A model generated the notes under the pieces. It did no database searches. It worked only from the letters and a program-made list of their open reading frames with translations, and was not told the origin of the DNA. 47,112 nt of DNA from Escherichia phage e4/1c. Shown here in pieces: positions 45,604 through 47,112 of the stretch. The position numbers were made by a program, and so were the translations under genes. The DNA is taken from the sequence record NC_024210.1. One strand, 5' to 3'. Positions within the stretch are counted from its first letter, which is position 1, and each line of letters begins with the position of its first letter.

Positions 45604-45643
45604 CACGAATTGCTAAACATAAATCGCAAGGATGCGTTACTAT
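45601..45643 (+). promoter_or_regulatory. palindrome-type promoter unit
   Basis: TAGCACGAATTGCTA, 22 bp, TACTAT, then TTATCGAAATGAGACGAGGA. Confidence 0.5.
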
Positions 45644-45675
45644 TAATTTATCGAAATGAGACGAGGAAAGATTAA

Positions 45676-45804
45676 ATGTGTGGATATGATGAGTTGCCAA
45701 TTGAATGGTGCAAAAAGATGATGGATGAGGCTAAAGATGGGGATGAAGTAATGGCGTACTTTGAGTTGATGAACATGTGGCGTGAGCGCGAGGAGAAGAA
45801 ATGA
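45676..45804 (+). CDS. hypothetical small protein (42 aa)
   Basis: not in ORF track; ATGA-coupled to next gene. Confidence 0.3.
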   Translation: MCGYDELPIEWCKKMMDEAKDGDEVMAYFELMNMWREREEKK

Positions 45805-46031
45805 AGATTTACGTATTCACTGGCAACTTATGGGCAGCCAACGATTCGGAGGCTGGTGACGGTAAGCGGGCAAATTCATATGTGGAGCAAGAAATCATGA
45901 TCTGGATTCATACGTACTACACTGGCAAGTTTAACAGCGTTATGCATAAGCGCGTGCACGATAGCTACGAATCAGCAAAGGCACAGCACGAAGTTCTCGG
46001 TGGCGACATTCAATCTTACAAGAAGGCTTAA
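45801..46031 (+). CDS. hypothetical protein (76 aa)
   Basis: ORF track; coupled start. Confidence 0.45.
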   Translation: MKIYVFTGNLWAANDSEAGDGKRANSYVEQEIMIWIHTYYTGKFNSVMHKRVHDSYESAKAQHEVLGGDIQSYKKA

Positions 46032-46033
46032 CC

Positions 46034-46273
46034 ATGTTCGGACTTACTCAACCACAATTCAACGCAGTACGCGCTCAGGCTAAGAAACTTAACGAGGCAG
46101 TGGATAAAATGACTGCAAAGCAGAAACAGGACAACGAGGTAATGAAGTATGTTATCTGCGAGTTTCACAGTCCGGTAAGCACAATCATCGAGAAGATACG
46201 CTTTGTTTGGGTGGCAGGATATCTTGCTGGTCGCGTGGGTAAGCGTGAGGATGGGGAACAAATATATGACTAA
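46034..46273 (+). CDS. hypothetical protein (79 aa)
   Basis: ORF track; 2 nt after upstream stop. Confidence 0.45.
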   Translation: MFGLTQPQFNAVRAQAKKLNEAVDKMTAKQKQDNEVMKYVICEFHSPVSTIIEKIRFVWVAGYLAGRVGKREDGEQIYD

Positions 46274-46460
46274 ATCACTAGGGCAAGTCGAATGCATTGA
46301 GTCTTACAATGATAATAAGTTCAAGGCTGGTAAGTCTTACAGCATTTTGTCATCACCCGCATATAACTGGGTTAAGTGTGAGTCAGAGGATGGATGTATA
46401 GAGATGGTTAAAGATGGCAATGACATTGAATTTGGTTACTTTCAGATAAATTATGACTGA
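46266..46460 (+). CDS. hypothetical protein (64 aa)
   Basis: start taken at ATG 46266 overlapping upstream stop (ATGACTAA). Confidence 0.4.
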   Translation: MTKSLGQVECIESYNDNKFKAGKSYSILSSPAYNWVKCESEDGCIEMVKDGNDIEFGYFQINYD

Positions 46461-46657
46461 GCTATCAATATGGTTACTTGCCGCTATGCTGACATGGATT
46501 TATTTCGTAGTCATGGCTTGACGAAAATGTTAAAGGTGGGTAGTATTAACCACGTAGACGTCAATTACCGTAACGCGCATCGCGGAGATGCAAGCCGATA
46601 GCCGGGCTGGATAAAGATACGAGGCAAATACCACTACACCAGCGCAAATGGTGTATG

Positions 46658-46697
46658 CCGGACCTTTCCGAGGATTGGCCGGACCTTCCGAGGATTG
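46658..46697 (+). repeat. tandem direct repeat 2 x 20 bp (CCGGACCTT(T)CCGAGGATTG)
   Basis: two adjacent copies differing by one T, about 40 bp upstream of the tRNA. Confidence 0.7.
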
Positions 46698-46735
46698 TGA
46701 AACCTCCCCGCATTCGGTAAGCGGGACTCATTCTA

Positions 46736-46811
46736 GTTCTGCTGGCGTAACAGGATAACGCAGAGACCTCCTAAGTCTCAGTTACTGGTTCGAGTCCAGT
46801 GCGGAACGCCA
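46736..46811 (+). tRNA. tRNA-Arg (anticodon CCT), CCA encoded
   Basis: manual cloverleaf: acceptor GTTCTGC/GCGGAAC (one G-U), D-arm GCGT-AACAGGATA-ACGC, anticodon stem GAGAC/GTCTC with loop CTCCTAA, T-arm ACTGG-TTCGAGT-CCAGT, discriminator G then CCA. Confidence 0.7.
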
Positions 46812-47041
46812 ATCATGGAGCATCCTAGTGAATAACTACGAAGTCCGTTTAACTTCCCGCCTAATGGGTCGGCAATGTAAATCTTGCCAGCAATCCTACG
46901 AAGGTAGGTTCCTTGCTAACAGCCCTGAAGAAGCAGTTGCAGCCGCAAAGGCAGCATTTAATATTGACCTGACAGTTCACAAGTTAAGCGTTGATAAAGT
47001 ATCCCTCGTTTGAGATTGATAATCTCGCAATGTATTACTTC

Positions 47042-47066
47042 GCCCTCCTAGTGAGGGCTTTTTTTC
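47042..47066 (+). terminator. rho-independent terminator
   Basis: gccctc-ctagt-gagggc plus T7; followed by TACAAT and AGGAGG that would serve the gene at position 3 if the ends are joined. Confidence 0.7.
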
Positions 47067-47112
47067 GTCTCCAGTCATGGTACAATGACTTTTAAAACAG
47101 GAGGAATATCAC

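Noticed and set aside
2176-45615. Recurring 15-bp palindrome considered as a CRISPR array or homing endonuclease target
   Set aside because: Copies are dispersed over the whole genome at gene starts with irregular spacing of hundreds to thousands of bp and are tied to TATAnT hexamers and leaders; nothing like repeat-spacer periodicity
46640-46735. Second tRNA at the tandem repeat upstream of tRNA-Arg
   Set aside because: No acceptable cloverleaf (no T-loop consensus, no paired acceptor stem) could be built
1-47112. Temperate lifestyle (integrase, CI-like repressor, attP)
   Set aside because: No tyrosine or serine recombinase-like ORF and no repressor/antirepressor pair recognised; the early region is dominated by replication and recombination genes typical of virulent T1-like phages
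1-47112. Reverse transcriptase-based elements (DGR, retron) as the novel system
   Set aside because: No ORF with reverse-transcriptase motifs was seen in any frame; collagen and tail fibre repeats are ordinary tandem protein repeats

Overview
The window reads as a near-complete genome (about 47.1 kb) of a virulent T1-like (Drexlerviridae-type) siphovirus of an enterobacterial host; no integrase or repressor is visible. All calls rest on reading the sequence and the ORF track by eye (motifs, gene order, RBS, hairpins); no database search was possible and hand-derived motif coordinates may be off by 1-2 nt. Layout: terminase and an HNH cassette (1-2750); head genes including a collagen-like protein (2764-9610); neck and lambda-like tail genes (9703-21989); a minus-strand receptor-binding protein plus Cor/Llp-like lipoprotein (22020-23227); an AT-rich regulatory region A (23303-23863); early recombination genes (exonuclease, Erf, second HNH, SSB); minus-strand lateral tail fibre, primase and HTH protein; helicase, VRR-NUC, small early genes, HTH-metallophosphoesterase; lysis cassette (holin, SAR endolysin, u-spanin); a minus-strand accessory block (39117-42916); regulatory region B (42917-43613); small early genes; tRNA-Arg(CCU). 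The most striking feature is a regulatory punctuation system: a 15-bp palindrome TAGCA-N5-TGCTA lies 21-23 bp upstream of a TATAnT hexamer at 14 gene starts, usually abutting the upstream stop codon and followed by a conserved CATCGAAACGAGAGGA leader. Other leads are two homologous repeat-rich intergenic regions bracketing the early block, a P-loop ATPase with a short paralog lacking the ATPase core, and an HNH endonuclease split by a -1 frameshift at an A6 tract.
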